From: Lophium mytilinum
Taxonomy: Eukaryota
Assembly (NCBI GenBank): GCA_010093605.1
Contig: MU004192.1
Span: forward strand, 442,882 to 506,881
Reading direction: 5' to 3'
Length of the DNA: 64,000 nucleotides
In this document: positions 1-12,447 of the stretch, in pieces
Layout of the letters: each line of letters opens with the position of its first letter
How positions within the stretch are numbered: the first letter of the stretch is position 1
Notes under the pieces: model-generated
Told to the model about the DNA's origin: nothing
Seen by the model: the letters and a program-made list of their open reading frames with translations, nothing else
Databases searched by the model: none
Position numbers and translations under genes: made by a program

Positions 1-265
1 ATTGCTTCGGCTGCTAGGGATGTGCGCTAAGCCTAAAAGAGTGAGGCGTCTTCAATGGCACATCATCACGTATATTGGAAAAGGCATCAATATGAGACTC
101 GCTGTCCTGACTATACCCAAAATCCTTGGGTGGTTCGTGTCGACGGTCGATATACCCATTCCGGCCGCTAAAAGCTGATGGGAACAATACTAGCAACACC
201 AGCCCAGCCAGCAGAAAGCGGCTACGGCGTAGCACAACCACTCATTGTTCGCCAGCCACAAGCAG

Positions 266-2083
266 ATGCCCATCCGCGTTCCTTTGAAGAAAAAGCGTCG
301 AGGCGTGCACTTTAGACCTGCCATGACGACCCCGCAAGCTCCTTCACAGTCGCCCTCCACCAGACTGCAGGAACATCTCACTCCATCACAACAAATCGAA
401 GAGCTCTCCGATTCTGAAGGCTTCGAAGACACAATGGAGCCCGCGACCACACAACCACTGCCTTCGTTTCCGAAGCTGCAGATGTTTGAGTCGCCATTAC
501 GGGATGAATTGGTGACGGACAGCTCCGAAATCGAGACGGAGACGTTGGACGACATACTCCCATTCCTCGACGGGAATCCGTACAACTTCGAGCTTAATTC
601 CTTTGGTGTACCGAAGCTACAACGCCTCGAGCATATCATATTTCTCCACAAAGCACTACGCACTTATCCGGCGCAGTTCGCCGCTATGGATGCTGCCCGG
701 CCTTGGCTTCTTTATTGGAGCTTGCAAGGCCTCACATGTCTTAATGAGGACGTTTCTGAGTATCGCGAACGGTAGGCTAGTCTTCTACTGTTTATTCCAG
801 CATACAATACACGCCCTTTTCTTCTCAATCACTTGATTCAATCGGCTTCAAGTTCTACGCGTCGAAGTCAAGGCATTTTTCCATCACTCTCCAAGAACGA
901 GTAGATAAGATTCATGTGCATTGAAAAGAGATTCCTGACTTCCTCTATAGCGTCACGTATACCTTCTCAGCAGCTCAGCACCCGATGGGCGGCTTTGGAG
1001 GCGGCCATGGGCAACTCCCCCACCTAGCAGGGTCATACGCCGCGGTTCTCAGCTTGATCATCGTCGGCGGCAAAGAAGCATACGACATGATAGACCGGAA
1101 AACCATGTACTGCAACCACACTACTAGACACTTTCGCTCTTCTAATACTAGACTAGGTGGCACTTTCTAGGCAACATGAAGCAAGCTGATGGCGGCTTCA
1201 CCATGGCGCCCGGCGGCGAAGAAGACATTCGGGGCGCCTTTTGCGCAATGGTCATCGTGGCTCTCCTCAACCTCCCTCTAGAGCTCCCACCAACGTCACC
1301 CGCTAGAATCAAAGGCGACGAAACCTTCCTCACTAAGCTCCCCGAATGGATATCTCGCTGCCAAACCTTCGAGGGTGGCATCGGCGCTGCCCCTACCAAC
1401 GAAGCCCACGGCGCCTACGCTTTCTGTGCCCTAGGGTGCCTCGCCCTTCTCGGTTCCCCAGAAGAAATGCTGAACAAGCACCTCGACGTCCCCGCATTAC
1501 TGTCCTGGCTCGCGAGCAGGCAGACGCAGCCAGAGGGCGGTTTCCAGGGCCGGACGAACAAGCTTGTGGATGGGTGCTACAGCCACTGGGTTGGGGGATG
1601 CTGGGCGATCGTCGAGGCGGCGGTGCAAGGGAGCAAGGATGGAGTGGGGGCGAGGCTATGGCGGAGGGAGGGACTGGCGCGATACATTCTTGCGTGTTGC
1701 CAAGGGCAGAAGGGAGGGTTGAGGGATAAGCCTGGGAAGTAAGTCGCTTCTCTTTACCTTTTGGCATTCTGAGATTCGGGATACTAGGTGTGATGGAGCT
1801 GACGCATTCGGATAGATACCCAGACGCCTACCACACCTGCTACAATCTGGCCGGTCTGAGTGCAGCTCAGCATCGGTACGTGTACGACTATGAGAAGAAC
1901 AGCGGGACTACTGCAGCGCCGTTGAGTGCAGCGTTCAATTGGACGGTGGCGGACGTAGTTGAGGAGGAGGGAAAGATCTGGGACCGGGAGGACACAGTCA
2001 ACATCATCCATCCCGTCTTTGTCGTTCCGTGGGGACAGGCGGAGGCGGCGAGGAAGTACTTTGAGGGAAAGGCTGAGTTTTGA
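266..2083 (+). CDS. RAM1: Protein farnesyltransferase beta subunit, 4 exons (266-771, 951-1106, 1157-1738, 1816-2083)
   Basis: Spliced translation gives prenyltransferase-beta motifs DAARPWLLYWSL, GGFGGGHGQ, DIRGAFCA, EAHGAYAFC, GRTNKLVDGCYSHW, GGLRDKPGKYPDAYHTCY; GT-AG introns join the ORF-track pieces in frame. Confidence 0.95.
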
Positions 2084-2709
2084 AGAATGGATTGTTGAGA
2101 GGGGAGGGTACTTGAAGCCTTGGTCTCGGCGGCGGACTAAATTACTACTAATCATAGTGTGTAAGAGAAGAGCAGTCATTGATGAAGAAAGGTAGAGGTT
2201 CTCCTCTTCTAGTATACTACTTCACCAACACCTTACATGCAAGCAAAGATCTATCTTGGATAAAAGTTCGTGATAGGTTTGAAGTAAGCTCTTTGCTCAC
2301 TCATCTCAAGACCAAGATAACAAGACATGTATCGAGTTTTGCGGCGGAAGCGTGGGGGTACGTATCTGAATAGAGACCTGGTTGCTGGGTGTCGCCTGCC
2401 CTGCACATAATCCCAGTCAAACCCCTTGTCTCATATCATTTATCTAAATACGAATCAAACCACTTAGACGACTTTGGCCTGATTCATCCACTTCTTTGTC
2501 CTGATTCGCCAACGTGGCTTCAACAAGGAGTGCAAATGCATACTATCCGGTATATTGCGTCCGGCAGCCGTTTAGCCGGACGCAACCTCCACGTTTCTTC
2601 TTATGGCTGATCCTGAGAACATAGGAAGCGTCTACTGCATGCCATATACTTTGGGTGGATCCTGGAAAGACCTTAGTATTTCTACCTCGCTGTGTTATTA
2701 GTATTTAGA

Positions 2710-4142
2710 ATGTTTGTAAAGCGCAATTTAAGGATCTTGATGGTGGGAGTTTCATGTTTCTTTACCTCGCTCTTTCTTCTACATGCCTACCGGTTTGCGA
2801 AACCCGAAAGCTTTATTACTCGAGAAAATGAATATAAGGGGGAATGGCCGACTGACAAAACTACTGAGGCTGGAAATAGGACTCTTGGAGTACGCGTGTC
2901 TTTCCTATTCCGCTCCTCATCCCTCCAGGCGGATAACTTGCTCGATAATTTGCTGAATGCGCGGTACAGTTCCAAAAGATCTTCGTCCTAAACCTCCCCT
3001 CCAGAACCGACCGCCGCGACTCGATGAGCCTCGCAGCTGCCTTGAGCATCCTGCAGATCGAGTACATCGACGGGGTAGCAGGTGATGATGTCTTGGAGAA
3101 GGTGCTCCCACCGAACAACCACAAGACAATGGCGAAGGGTAATATTGGGAGCTGGCGAGCACACATGAATGCGCTACTTACGTGAGAGCCTACAAAGCAA
3201 TCAATTGACCTTCGCAGACGCTTATTCGCTCGTAGGATCGTAGAGCAGAACATATCCACGGCTCTTATTCTTGAAGATGACGCGGATTGGGACGTCCGCA
3301 TAAAACGCCAGCTCGAGACATTCGCGACAGCAGCTCTAGGTCTCCAAATATCACTCAACAACTCCAATAGTACAACCCTCTCCCACTTGCGCGGAGACAT
3401 AGATGCTTCAACTGCAAAGGGCGACGCCGAATCCGGCGCCTCCATCTCCATCAGTGCCCTTCCACGTCTTCATTCTCCGAAATCCAGTCCCTACGGCCTC
3501 GAATGGGACATCCTCTGGCTCGGCCACTGTGGGGCTCAGCTCCCCTTCCCGTCACCCGCAAGCCGGATAGCCATTTTCAACGACGAAACGGTTCCAGAGC
3601 CTCAGCATCTGAAATCGCACCCATTCGCTCCACACGACGCCATAGCGAGCGTATACCCGCCGCACACGCGGGTCGTGCACCGCAGCAACAAGACAATCTG
3701 CAGCATTGCCTACGCCGTCACGCAAGGCAGTGCGCGGAAGCTGCTGTGGGAGTTCGGGATAAGGGGGCTGGACCGGGGGTATGATTTTGCGCTGCGGGAT
3801 TGGTGTGATGGAGTTATTGGGGGTTTTGACGAGGGGAAGAGAGATAGAGAAAATGAGATGTCGGAGAACAGAGATGAGATGGAATATGAAGGTGTGAGGG
3901 AGGAGAAAAAAGGGGAGGGGGGTAGGCCGATGTGCATTACGGTGCAGCCACCGCTTTTCAGTCATTACTTTCCGCCCAAAGCGACGTCGGATATCATGGG
4001 CCATGGGGGTGGGTATGTGGCGAAGGTGGAGAGCAAGTATCTGAGGTGGAGTGTGAAGATGAATTTGGGGAGGCTGGTTTGGGGGAGGGAGGTGGTGGAT
4101 CAGTGGCCGGATGGGGAGGGGAAGATGGGAAAGGGAGTGTGA
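2710..4142 (+). CDS. Glycosyltransferase family 25-like type II membrane protein; introns approx. 2890-2969 and 3182-3235
   Basis: N-terminal hydrophobic anchor, then FQKIFVLNLPSRTDRRD, IVEQNISTALILEDDADWD, SPYGLEWDILWLGHCG and CITVQPPLF, typical of fungal GT25 proteins. Confidence 0.85.
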
Positions 4143-4551
4143 GGAAGGCTAGTAAATTTTCAGACGTCTGATTCAGACTATTACATGCTCTATTAGATTG
4201 AAAGACGCGGAATTGGAACTGGATACGCTCTTCATTGCTCATCCTCACACCCTCCGGAGCCCTCCCGTTCACTATCTCATACACCAAAACGATTGCTTTT
4301 TCCCGCTACTTTCGATCGTCGTTCATTACGTTGAAAGAATTTACTACGTAAAGCAACCTCGGTGCCCATGTAAAATCCCTTCCCACGGTTACATTCGTGA
4401 CTCTTTGTAACCGAAGCGTGGCAACTCGCTACGGAAGCTCTTCAGCAGCGTATTCCTAGTCTTTTTGGTAGCGAGCTGATTTAGCGTGTCTTGCTCGTGC
4501 GAAGAAAAGTGACGGGAGAAGGAACACGTGGAGGCGGACGCGGCGGGCCCT

Positions 4552-4872
4552 CCGTGTCTATCGAACTCGGGTTCACGCGTTTCGATCTGTAAGACTTTGT
4601 AACTGAACGAAGCAGTCTTGCTGCGGGGGCGCTTTAAGGAGCTTGGAAGTGGTCTCTTGAGACGAATCTGATTTAGACTGTGTTGTTTGTGCATTAAAAA
4701 GGGACGTGGTAGTTGGGAACGCAGCGTACCCCTCTGCGCCTATTAAAATCGGGTTCACACGGTTAGATCCGTAACTCTAAGTACTAAAAGGGGCCGCCGT
4801 GTGGCCCTCTGCGTACCCCTCTGCGTGCCCGCCGCGTCTGTCAAAATCGGTCTTAGACGGTTAGATCCGTAC
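4552..4872. repeat. Three dispersed degenerate 41-bp direct repeats (4552-4592, 4734-4774, 4832-4872)
   Basis: Copies align without gaps around AAATCGGGTTCACACGGTTAGATCCGTA; copies 1 and 2 differ at 10 of 41 positions. Confidence 0.7.
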
Positions 4873-5080
4873 CTTTCAGCAACAATAGCGGGCAAAGCCT
4901 CCAGAGAAGCACTCCAGCACCTGCAAATCCTTGCTACGCTGAGCCCGATCTAGTATACTCGATTCCCGATGTTTTCCTCGGTCTTTTCTCCCGAGGCCCG
5001 AAATCAGAGCTACCCAGATGGGTTTTGGCATAGCCCTGACGATGGCTGGAGCATCGCAGCACCACTCCAACCTTCTCCTC

Positions 5081-6547
5081 TCACACTCCCTCCGCTTGCA
5101 CGCCTCTCCACCAGTCTCCCCCCTTCCACACGTCCCCTTCCTTACCACCCACAACCCACTCCCACCGCTTCAGAAACCACCCCTTAGCCTCCCAACTACG
5201 CCCTTCCCACGGCACCCCTCCTGCAATCCCGCTCCCACCACGCCAACAGATCATCCCGCCGTTCAACAGATCTCTCTTCAGCTCCGCAAACTTCATCTTG
5301 TCCCTCAGCAGCAGCCCCAGCAATCGCTCGCGCATGACTGGGAACGGCAGCACATCGACCACAGGATGGTGTTTTACGGTGATCTGAGACGCGATCGGGC
5401 GCAGGTCCGGCGGGATATGCGTATAGCTCGCTAACACGCCCGGGAGCTCTTCGGGGGTGACGGCAGGGTTGTAGAAAGGGCTGAGGCAGCCTGGGGACGC
5501 GAGGAAGGGAATGACGGGGAACAGGACGGCGGCGTTGGTGGCGTAGGCGGTCATGGCGGGGTATTTGGTCAGGCGGATCGTGCGGTTTTGGGAGGGGATG
5601 AGGGGGAGGAAGCTGGAGGGGGTGGAAGGGGCGGGATCCGGTGGTGGATTTTGAGATGGCTCCTGGAGAGCGCGTAATCCGAGAAGTAGGAGGTCTTGGA
5701 TGCCGAGCTTCTGGGAAAGGGCGATGCGGATGAGGGCCGTGGTCTCTGGGGTTTGTGGGAGGGGAAAGAGAGTGAAGAGGGCGTTGAGAGAGGTGCCGGA
5801 AGTAGCTGGTGGTGTGGAAGAAGAAGAAGGGGTGTCTTTGGGCTCTAGCTGGTGGTTGTTCAGCTCTGTTGATATATATGCGTGGGTTGCATCGTGTACT
5901 CGGGAACAGTAGGAGTGCGAGGCCCTGTCTGCTTCTTCTCTATCGAACGTGTGTTCGCCCGCTGTGGGGGATCTAGGCACTTCATCCGGGTGGCCATTGG
6001 TCTCAGAGTTGACGAGGATATGATCGAAACATTGAAAACGCTTTGGGCTACTGGGCTGACGTCTTGGGTCTTCTGGCGTATGCGTCGTATCCGGTGGGAG
6101 ACTTCCGAAATGTTCTGCCATTGCTGGACATAGGGAATTAAGCTCTAGCCGCGAATCCTCCACAACCAGAGACTCATCAGCATTCTGTTCCACATTGGTA
6201 TTACTATCAGAGCCGAGCCGTGCATCGACAACTTCGTCAGTCTCGTCTCCGGAGCGAGCTGCCTGCTCTGTGACACGTTCTAGCAAGGAGCCATGTTGAG
6301 GCTGTGGATTTGTCTGATTTTGCCCGTTCGCGGCGACAAGATTCTCTAGCTCCTGGACCTTCTTCTTCTGTCTCTCCCCTGAGTCTCGTCAATACTTTTC
6401 CTTATAATGCCTCTCCCTTATCGATGGCTTACGATATGTCCGCTGAGCTTCTCTATTCTGGATCCTCCTCTCCTCCGTTAACTTCCTTTGGTAACGAGCC
6501 TTTCTTCTTGCTCCACCTGACGGCGTTTTGTCTGCTTGATGATCCAT
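5081..6547 (-). CDS. bZIP-type transcription factor with C-terminal DUF3425 domain (exon 1 6547-6433, intron 6432-6379)
   Basis: Exon 1 (not in the ORF track) reads MDHQADK...RRIQNREAQRTY, then RERQKKKVQELENL after splicing (bZIP basic region) and runs into the 401-aa ORF, whose C-terminus has HHPVVDVLPFPVMRERLL and PWEGRSWEAKGWFLKRW (DUF3425). Confidence 0.85.
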
Positions 6548-7913
6548 TCTCGGAACAATCGGGGTTGTAATGGTATAGAGTAAGCCAAGGGAGACGCCGA
6601 AAGTTGAGAGGTGCTTAGCTTACGTGAGCCAGCTAAGTCGGCCCGATCGCGAACGATGGAAGAGAAAAAGCACGTGGTTCCAGCTTTAAGGTAGTGAAGA
6701 TGTAGATAAATATTTAGTAGCACATAGTTATGCTAGCTGGAAAGGGATGGCAAGAAACTTAACAGTGGGAAAGGAGTATGTGGGCTCATCCTGCTCGGGA
6801 AGTAGGTGCACGTGATTTGAGCCGGGACCGTGTGAGGAAGGGAAGAAGAAAGAATTCGAAGTAAGTAATGTAAGTGGGCTATGTTATGACAGAGAAGAAC
6901 CAAGCAACACAAACTGAACACACGAAAGTAAAGCGGATCTGATCAGTACTATGTTTTTCTACTCGATGTGAGAGGCAGCCGTTTGTGGTGCTTCGATGCA
7001 TGTTAAGAAATTCAAAAAATAGAGATACTTAGCTTGTTGAAGCACTCACTCAAAGCAGTGGCAGACAGGTGCGCACAACTATGCACAACGACAGTGTGCC
7101 CGATGAATGTGCCAGTTTCTGCATGCCTAGCGTGGCAGGATTAGGGTGCACGCAACATCTCCATCGTAGTTCCTGTCACGTGACATAATCACATGACTGG
7201 ATTTGGGCCGTCTGTATACACAATACAACAGGTCCTCTCTTGATTCTCGTAATGCACGGTGACACAGAATTATCTTAGGTGCTAAAGAGCGCTTTTTGGC
7301 TGGGTTCTTTCTCACATGCTCGTACTAGTCAATAAATGAGGCTTCTAAATCGCGCGGTTATGATGCGGAGTGCTTCCGAGTCATCACCTGATGGATGACG
7401 GCTAGCATTCACTGCTGACTGCGGTCCAAGATCGATGATGAAATGCAGGTCCTTGCCCCAGATGCTTCCCACTTGCACGCGCCACCGAGTGCGCCCAGCG
7501 TGTTGCCGCTTGCAACAAACCGTGCTGGGATACTGATGCTCAGCACTCGTGTCGCCTATACAACAAAGCCTCACGCTATGCAACAGTCGTTGGCGGGGAA
7601 GCGTTGGGCGGGATCAGAACAGAAACAACAGCAGCTTCATAGACCTCGCAATACAATCTACAAACACCATCGCCTTGTCACGCTGTCACAGATATCCAAG
7701 ACTGCAAGCTTCCGCCGCACCCGACTGGCGCCGCCCTCATCAAGAACGCTAGAGACCGGTGACGTATCGCGTGTCTGCCCTACCTATATTTTGCAGATCA
7801 CCACACACAGCCTGCCAGCTTTCCTCCCATACAGCTTCTTCTACACTCCCCACCTATAAACCTCTCACTCAACCTACTTCGCGCCCTACATCCACGCCAC
7901 CAAATCAATCGCC

Positions 7914-8520
7914 ATGGTTTCCAAAGCTCTCACACTCGGCCTCCGCGGCCTACAGGCAAGTCGACTACACCACCTCGGAGCCTGCGGAGTCGCTAACATG
8001 GCAGCAGTTCTTCTTCACGCTCGTCATCATGGCGCTCATCGGCAACATGATCGCAACCGCTATCCACGGCAACCACAGCATCGTGAACTACGACATGTTC
8101 GTGGCCACCTTCGGCATGCTGTCCCTCTTCTACCTCATTGCCGCCGCGTTTATTGAGGCGTTGGCAATTCCCATCGTCGCCATCGGCCTTGATGTCGCCA
8201 ACATGCTCTTCTACCTGATCGCTGGCATTGCGACTGCCGCTTATCTCGGTGTGCATAGCTGCAGCAACAAGGTAAGCCTTTGCGACCGCAAACTATCTAG
8301 ATTTCCACTGACGTGGACACAGAACTACACCCTCCACAACAAGGTCACCAACAGCTCGCGCGACACCGACAAGCGCTGTCGCGAGGCACAGGCATCCACT
8401 GCCTTCTTCTGGTTTGCGTTTGCCGCTTTCGCCGTAACCACTGCCTTCTCTGCCATGGGTGGTACTGGTGGCGTCAACATGCGCGGTGGTATCCGCAGGC
8501 CGACCATGAGCCAGGTTTAA
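7914..8520 (+). CDS. NCE102: Non-classical export protein 2 / eisosome MARVEL-domain protein; introns 7956-8007 (GC-AG) and 8272-8322
   Basis: MVSKALTLGLRGLQ|FFFTLVIMALIGNMIA...NYDMFV...LGVHSCSN...RCREAQASTAFFWF...RRPTMSQV matches the Nce102 family; four hydrophobic helices. Confidence 0.93.
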
Positions 8521-9139
8521 GGCAGAACCGTATACGCGATACGAGGAGAATGACGGCCAATTCGACATTGGTCAAGTGCGAGATGGTGCTCACAAAATAA
8601 ACGACTGTGTACGCTGTGTACGGATAGTACGGGCGTCATGATATCAAAGGCTTGCAACTCGGAGTTTTAAGGATTTGGGATACCAAGGTCACAATTTGGG
8701 CATTGCGGTCTGATGATGGGCAGTTAGTCTGGTGCGATCAAGTAATGCAAAGGTTCCGTAATGTGCTCCTATTATTAGTGCAGCCTAGCTAGCCAATGAT
8801 GAAGCAATTTAAAGCGATCTCTATGCTCTCCCGAAACTAAGTGTCTTCTTTCTTTCCAAATTCAACACGAGACCAAAATCCGTTCATGATGGAACTAACT
8901 TGCGTGCTCTAGAAAATCCATCAGGTGATGTCCTCCTGGTTCCTACAGAATTGTCTGCGTTCTAACACGAAAGTCCTACCGCTCGACTGGTACCAACAAT
9001 ACTATCACAGCACTATAGTTTTGAAACCCGTCCCTTAGAAAATACGTCGCAGACTAGGCATACGCTCTCCACCTTCTACAATAGTAAAATCCTGCAGTAA
9101 CATTGACCCGACTAAATCCTGTAGATGACGAAACCGTAT

Positions 9140-11092
9140 TCATCTATACTCATCAACATCCTCGACCTTGATATCCGGAGAGCTGCGATCTATGGGTGAA
9201 GCTGGAAAGTATCCAGGAGCTACAGGACTCCCATTGGCGTAAACATTCGTACTCACACGAGAGCTATGACTCGGGGAGACTGGGTCAAACCCTGGCGACG
9301 TCGGAAACGAGCCTGGCACGCTTGGAGTGCGCCCTACAGTCCTGCTACTTGCACTGGTGTGACGGGTATGCGTGGGCAGGTTTGGAAAGTGTCCCGGACA
9401 CGTGAAGATCAGTTCGACAGGACTACCACTTCCTTCACGGGGGCTCTTCGCGCCGTTTCTGGCTTCGACACTTGAGCTGCGAGCTGTATGTGATCCGTCC
9501 TGGTTGCGTGACCCATAAGCTGGTCCGAAGAAGGGACTGTGGGCCCGATCGCCCTTGAAGGTATCCCAGCGATCCCACCATTCGTCTTCCTCACTCGTCT
9601 GTCTGGCCCGTTTCTTCTTCGGGGTCTTCCATCTTTCAGCGTCTTTCTTTCCCAGCTTCGCTTCCTCCTCCTCTTCATCTTCAGAATCAGAATCTCCATC
9701 TCGCTCTTTCCTCTTCGCAGCTTCCCTCGCCACCAGAGCCTTGTGGCCTTCCAGCGACATCGCAAACATATTCGGTACTCCATGAAGAGGCCCGTCATCC
9801 GGCCGCGACCTCTTCCCACCACGAGACTGGCCGCCAACACCTGAATCTAGCGTATCCAACAGCACATCTTTCCGCAACAGCGTCGCCAGCTTCGCCATAC
9901 CCGTGCCGCCTAATTTCCCACCCGCATGAAGCCCGCGTAGGGGTCGTATATTTACATCCGCTAACAACACAGTCCTGTCACGGTTCGAGGGCGAATCCCG
10001 AATCGACTTATGCAACCTCACCGCGTCGCACTCATCCTCCAAGTCTTCTAGATCCGGCGTACTCGATTCTCGGGGGAGTTGGTTGAAGTCTAGTTTCGGT
10101 GAGCCGGGGTTGTGGACGGTGCTGCCGTTGGGGGATTTGCCGTAGGGGGAGTGGTGGTATACTCGATATTGTCCTTCGTTGCGGTAGGGGTGTTGGAAGT
10201 CTTGTTCTTCGCCTTCTTCGTCGACGCGTTCTGAAGGTGTTTCTGATTTGTTGCTCGTGTGGTGTGGCTCAGCAGTTATGGGAGTTTCGGTGGTTTCGAG
10301 TACCTCTTCGTCGCTGTCAACGTCCGGTCCGCAGTCGCTTTCGTGGTATACTTCGTCGTCGAATTCAGAGGCTTCTGAGTCGCCGGCGTCAGAGGCTTTT
10401 TCGTGGCTAGCCTTCGAGGCTTCTTCGTTGCCAGCTTCTTCGTTGCCAGCTTCCGAGTCGTCTTTGTCGTCGGCCTCCGAGTCGTTTTCGTCGCCAGCCT
10501 CCGAGCCCCCTTGGTCGCCAGCTTCCGAGTCAGAAGCTCCAGAAAGATCGGTGTCATCCTTTTCAGTTTCTTGGAATACATTGGTCCTCGAAAACTCTCC
10601 ATACCGGTTAGATTCGGTGCTAGAGATTACACCTTCCGGATATCGGGCAACCTGCCACACACCCTCATGGTAACCAGACCAGTTATTATCCCAGGGTACG
10701 TCTGTCGAATACACACCATCCGGTCGCCTGCCATCGTGGCCACTAGACCAGCTAGAGTCAGTGCTCGAAAGTGTTACTGTCGAATATGGCGTGTCCCGCC
10801 GCCTGCCCTCCCAGTCGTAGTCGCCGAAGAGGTTTAAACTAGTGGCTCCGATGTGATATCCCAGCCCACGGAAGATCTCAAGCTGCGGAGATCCTGCTCC
10901 AGCGGCTTGATATACTTCGAATTCCCCATTCTTCTCTTCCAGCGCTTCGAGAGAAGGAGACAGTGTGAATGCTGCATCTTCTATATCTATTAGATCGTCA
11001 GTCACTGCTCCACTCCCTGCGACACCTCGAGCCGTCATACCAGAGAACATCGTAAACTCGTCCATGTACTGCCAGTCCAATGACGAAGCCAT
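9140..11092 (-). CDS. Hypothetical low-complexity acidic/Ser-Pro-rich protein (~650 aa) with SEAGD-type tandem repeats; start uncertain
   Basis: Uninterrupted 670-codon ORF; first ATG at 11092; NLS-like basic patch (KTPKKKRAR); no recognisable domain. Confidence 0.6.
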   Translation of the reverse strand: MASSLDWQYMDEFTMFSGMTARGVAGSGAVTDDLIDIEDAAFTLSPSLEALEEKNGEFEVYQAAGAGSPQLEIFRGLGYHIGATSLNLFGDYDWEGRRRDTPYSTVTLSSTDSSWSSGHDGRRPDGVYSTDVPWDNNWSGYHEGVWQVARYPEGVISSTESNRYGEFSRTNVFQETEKDDTDLSGASDSEAGDQGGSEAGDENDSEADDKDDSEAGNEEAGNEEASKASHEKASDAGDSEASEFDDEVYHESDCGPDVDSDEEVLETTETPITAEPHHTSNKSETPSERVDEEGEEQDFQHPYRNEGQYRVYHHSPYGKSPNGSTVHNPGSPKLDFNQLPRESSTPDLEDLEDECDAVRLHKSIRDSPSNRDRTVLLADVNIRPLRGLHAGGKLGGTGMAKLATLLRKDVLLDTLDSGVGGQSRGGKRSRPDDGPLHGVPNMFAMSLEGHKALVAREAAKRKERDGDSDSEDEEEEEAKLGKKDAERWKTPKKKRARQTSEEDEWWDRWDTFKGDRAHSPFFGPAYGSRNQDGSHTARSSSVEARNGAKSPREGSGSPVELIFTCPGHFPNLPTHTRHTSASSRTVGRTPSVPGSFPTSPGFDPVSPSHSSRVSTNVYANGSPVAPGYFPASPIDRSSPDIKVEDVDEYR

Positions 11093-12447
11093 ACTCGCTA
11101 TGTATTTTCGCTGCGGTGGTGTTTTTCGTATTGGTCGTCGGTGTCGAAGCACTCAAGCGGTCGTAGGAGCCTGCGTCTAAGTCTGTGTGCGTAGGCGTGC
11201 AAGAAGGCCTGTTCAACGCGGGTGTAGTGAAGGTACTTTGTGTCGTTGGTGTGCGTTAGCAAGGTGAATCGATGCGTGTCCTACACGGTACGCGCTCTGA
11301 TTGTTATGTTTCTTCCTTTTTTGTGTGGTTTTCGGGGTTGACCCCCTTTTCGTGTCCAATCATGCGGATGTTGGATCCATGGTTCACCACGCTGTGTTGG
11401 TGGGGTGGGCCAATGTTCGCGTAGGTGTGTGCGAGATGGGCTAGGGATCTAAGAAAATATGCTAGGGGGAAAGCCATGCGGTTTTGGTTCGTGAGGAAGT
11501 TTAGCTAGGAGAGAAAATGCAGTATGATAAACCGCCTACAAACCACTACAACACCAATCCATTTCCTCCATCAACACCCGAGGAAATCATCAACGTATAC
11601 CTTATACTCCTTATACTCCCACTTCGCCTCTTCCATCGTCACAGTCGTATGTCCGACGCAATCCACCACTCACAGCGGCCAACTGTCATTTCTCCTTCAC
11701 CCTACAGTAGCTTCATGAGCCAAAAAAAATCAAAACTTGAACACCTTGTACAAAAAGCACTACGAGAGCTTTGATCAATGTATGCGAGTATTGTCGCCCT
11801 GAGAGAAAGCCCTTGATGTAGCATGCTCCCCATCAAGGAGCGGCCCACCCGACGTGGCCGACGCGTGAAGAAAGTAGTAGAACAACTCACCGAATCAACT
11901 GCGCGACCCGCAAACCAGCTCCACGCTGGGTGCACCTCCACGTGTGCCCTTCGCTATTTAGCCGTGTTGATCCTCCAATACCGCGATGGCTGTACACGTG
12001 TGTATGCCACTGTCTGGGTTCCCCCAACGCCTTACCGGAAATCCAACCGAGATAGCACCTCTTCGCTCTGATGTATACAAAAGCCCGTTGAAGCACTTCA
12101 GCGCAGTAGCAGACGGGACAGGTATACACGAGACACATTCATTCATTCTTAAAAGTCATACCCCCCTCTGGTGAAACCAATCCGCACATCTACTCCAAGA
12201 GCCACCAAAATGCCGATTGCCGGGTATGAAGAGCACACATTACCGCCATGCCAAAACGCCTTCACACGAGAAATGCTAAAGTGATTCAAACTCCAGAAAG
12301 AAAAGATAGTCCCCTCGCTCCACATCAGAAAACATCAGCCGCACGCATCGTACTAGCGCCGTATCAGAGACCTCGAACTCTTGGGATCCTAGTCCCTTCT
12401 CTAATCGTTAGCAAGAGCCAGCAGGAGAGATCTCATAACCCTCGCGA

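Noticed and set aside
14..241. 75-aa minus-strand ORF with a signal-peptide-like start
   Set aside because: Starts with GTG, lies only 25 bp from the RAM1 ATG, and has no recognisable domain.
11702..12146. Small Cys-containing ORFs (MCLVYTCPVCYC...)
   Set aside because: Could be a small orphan gene, but no consistent exon structure or family could be built.
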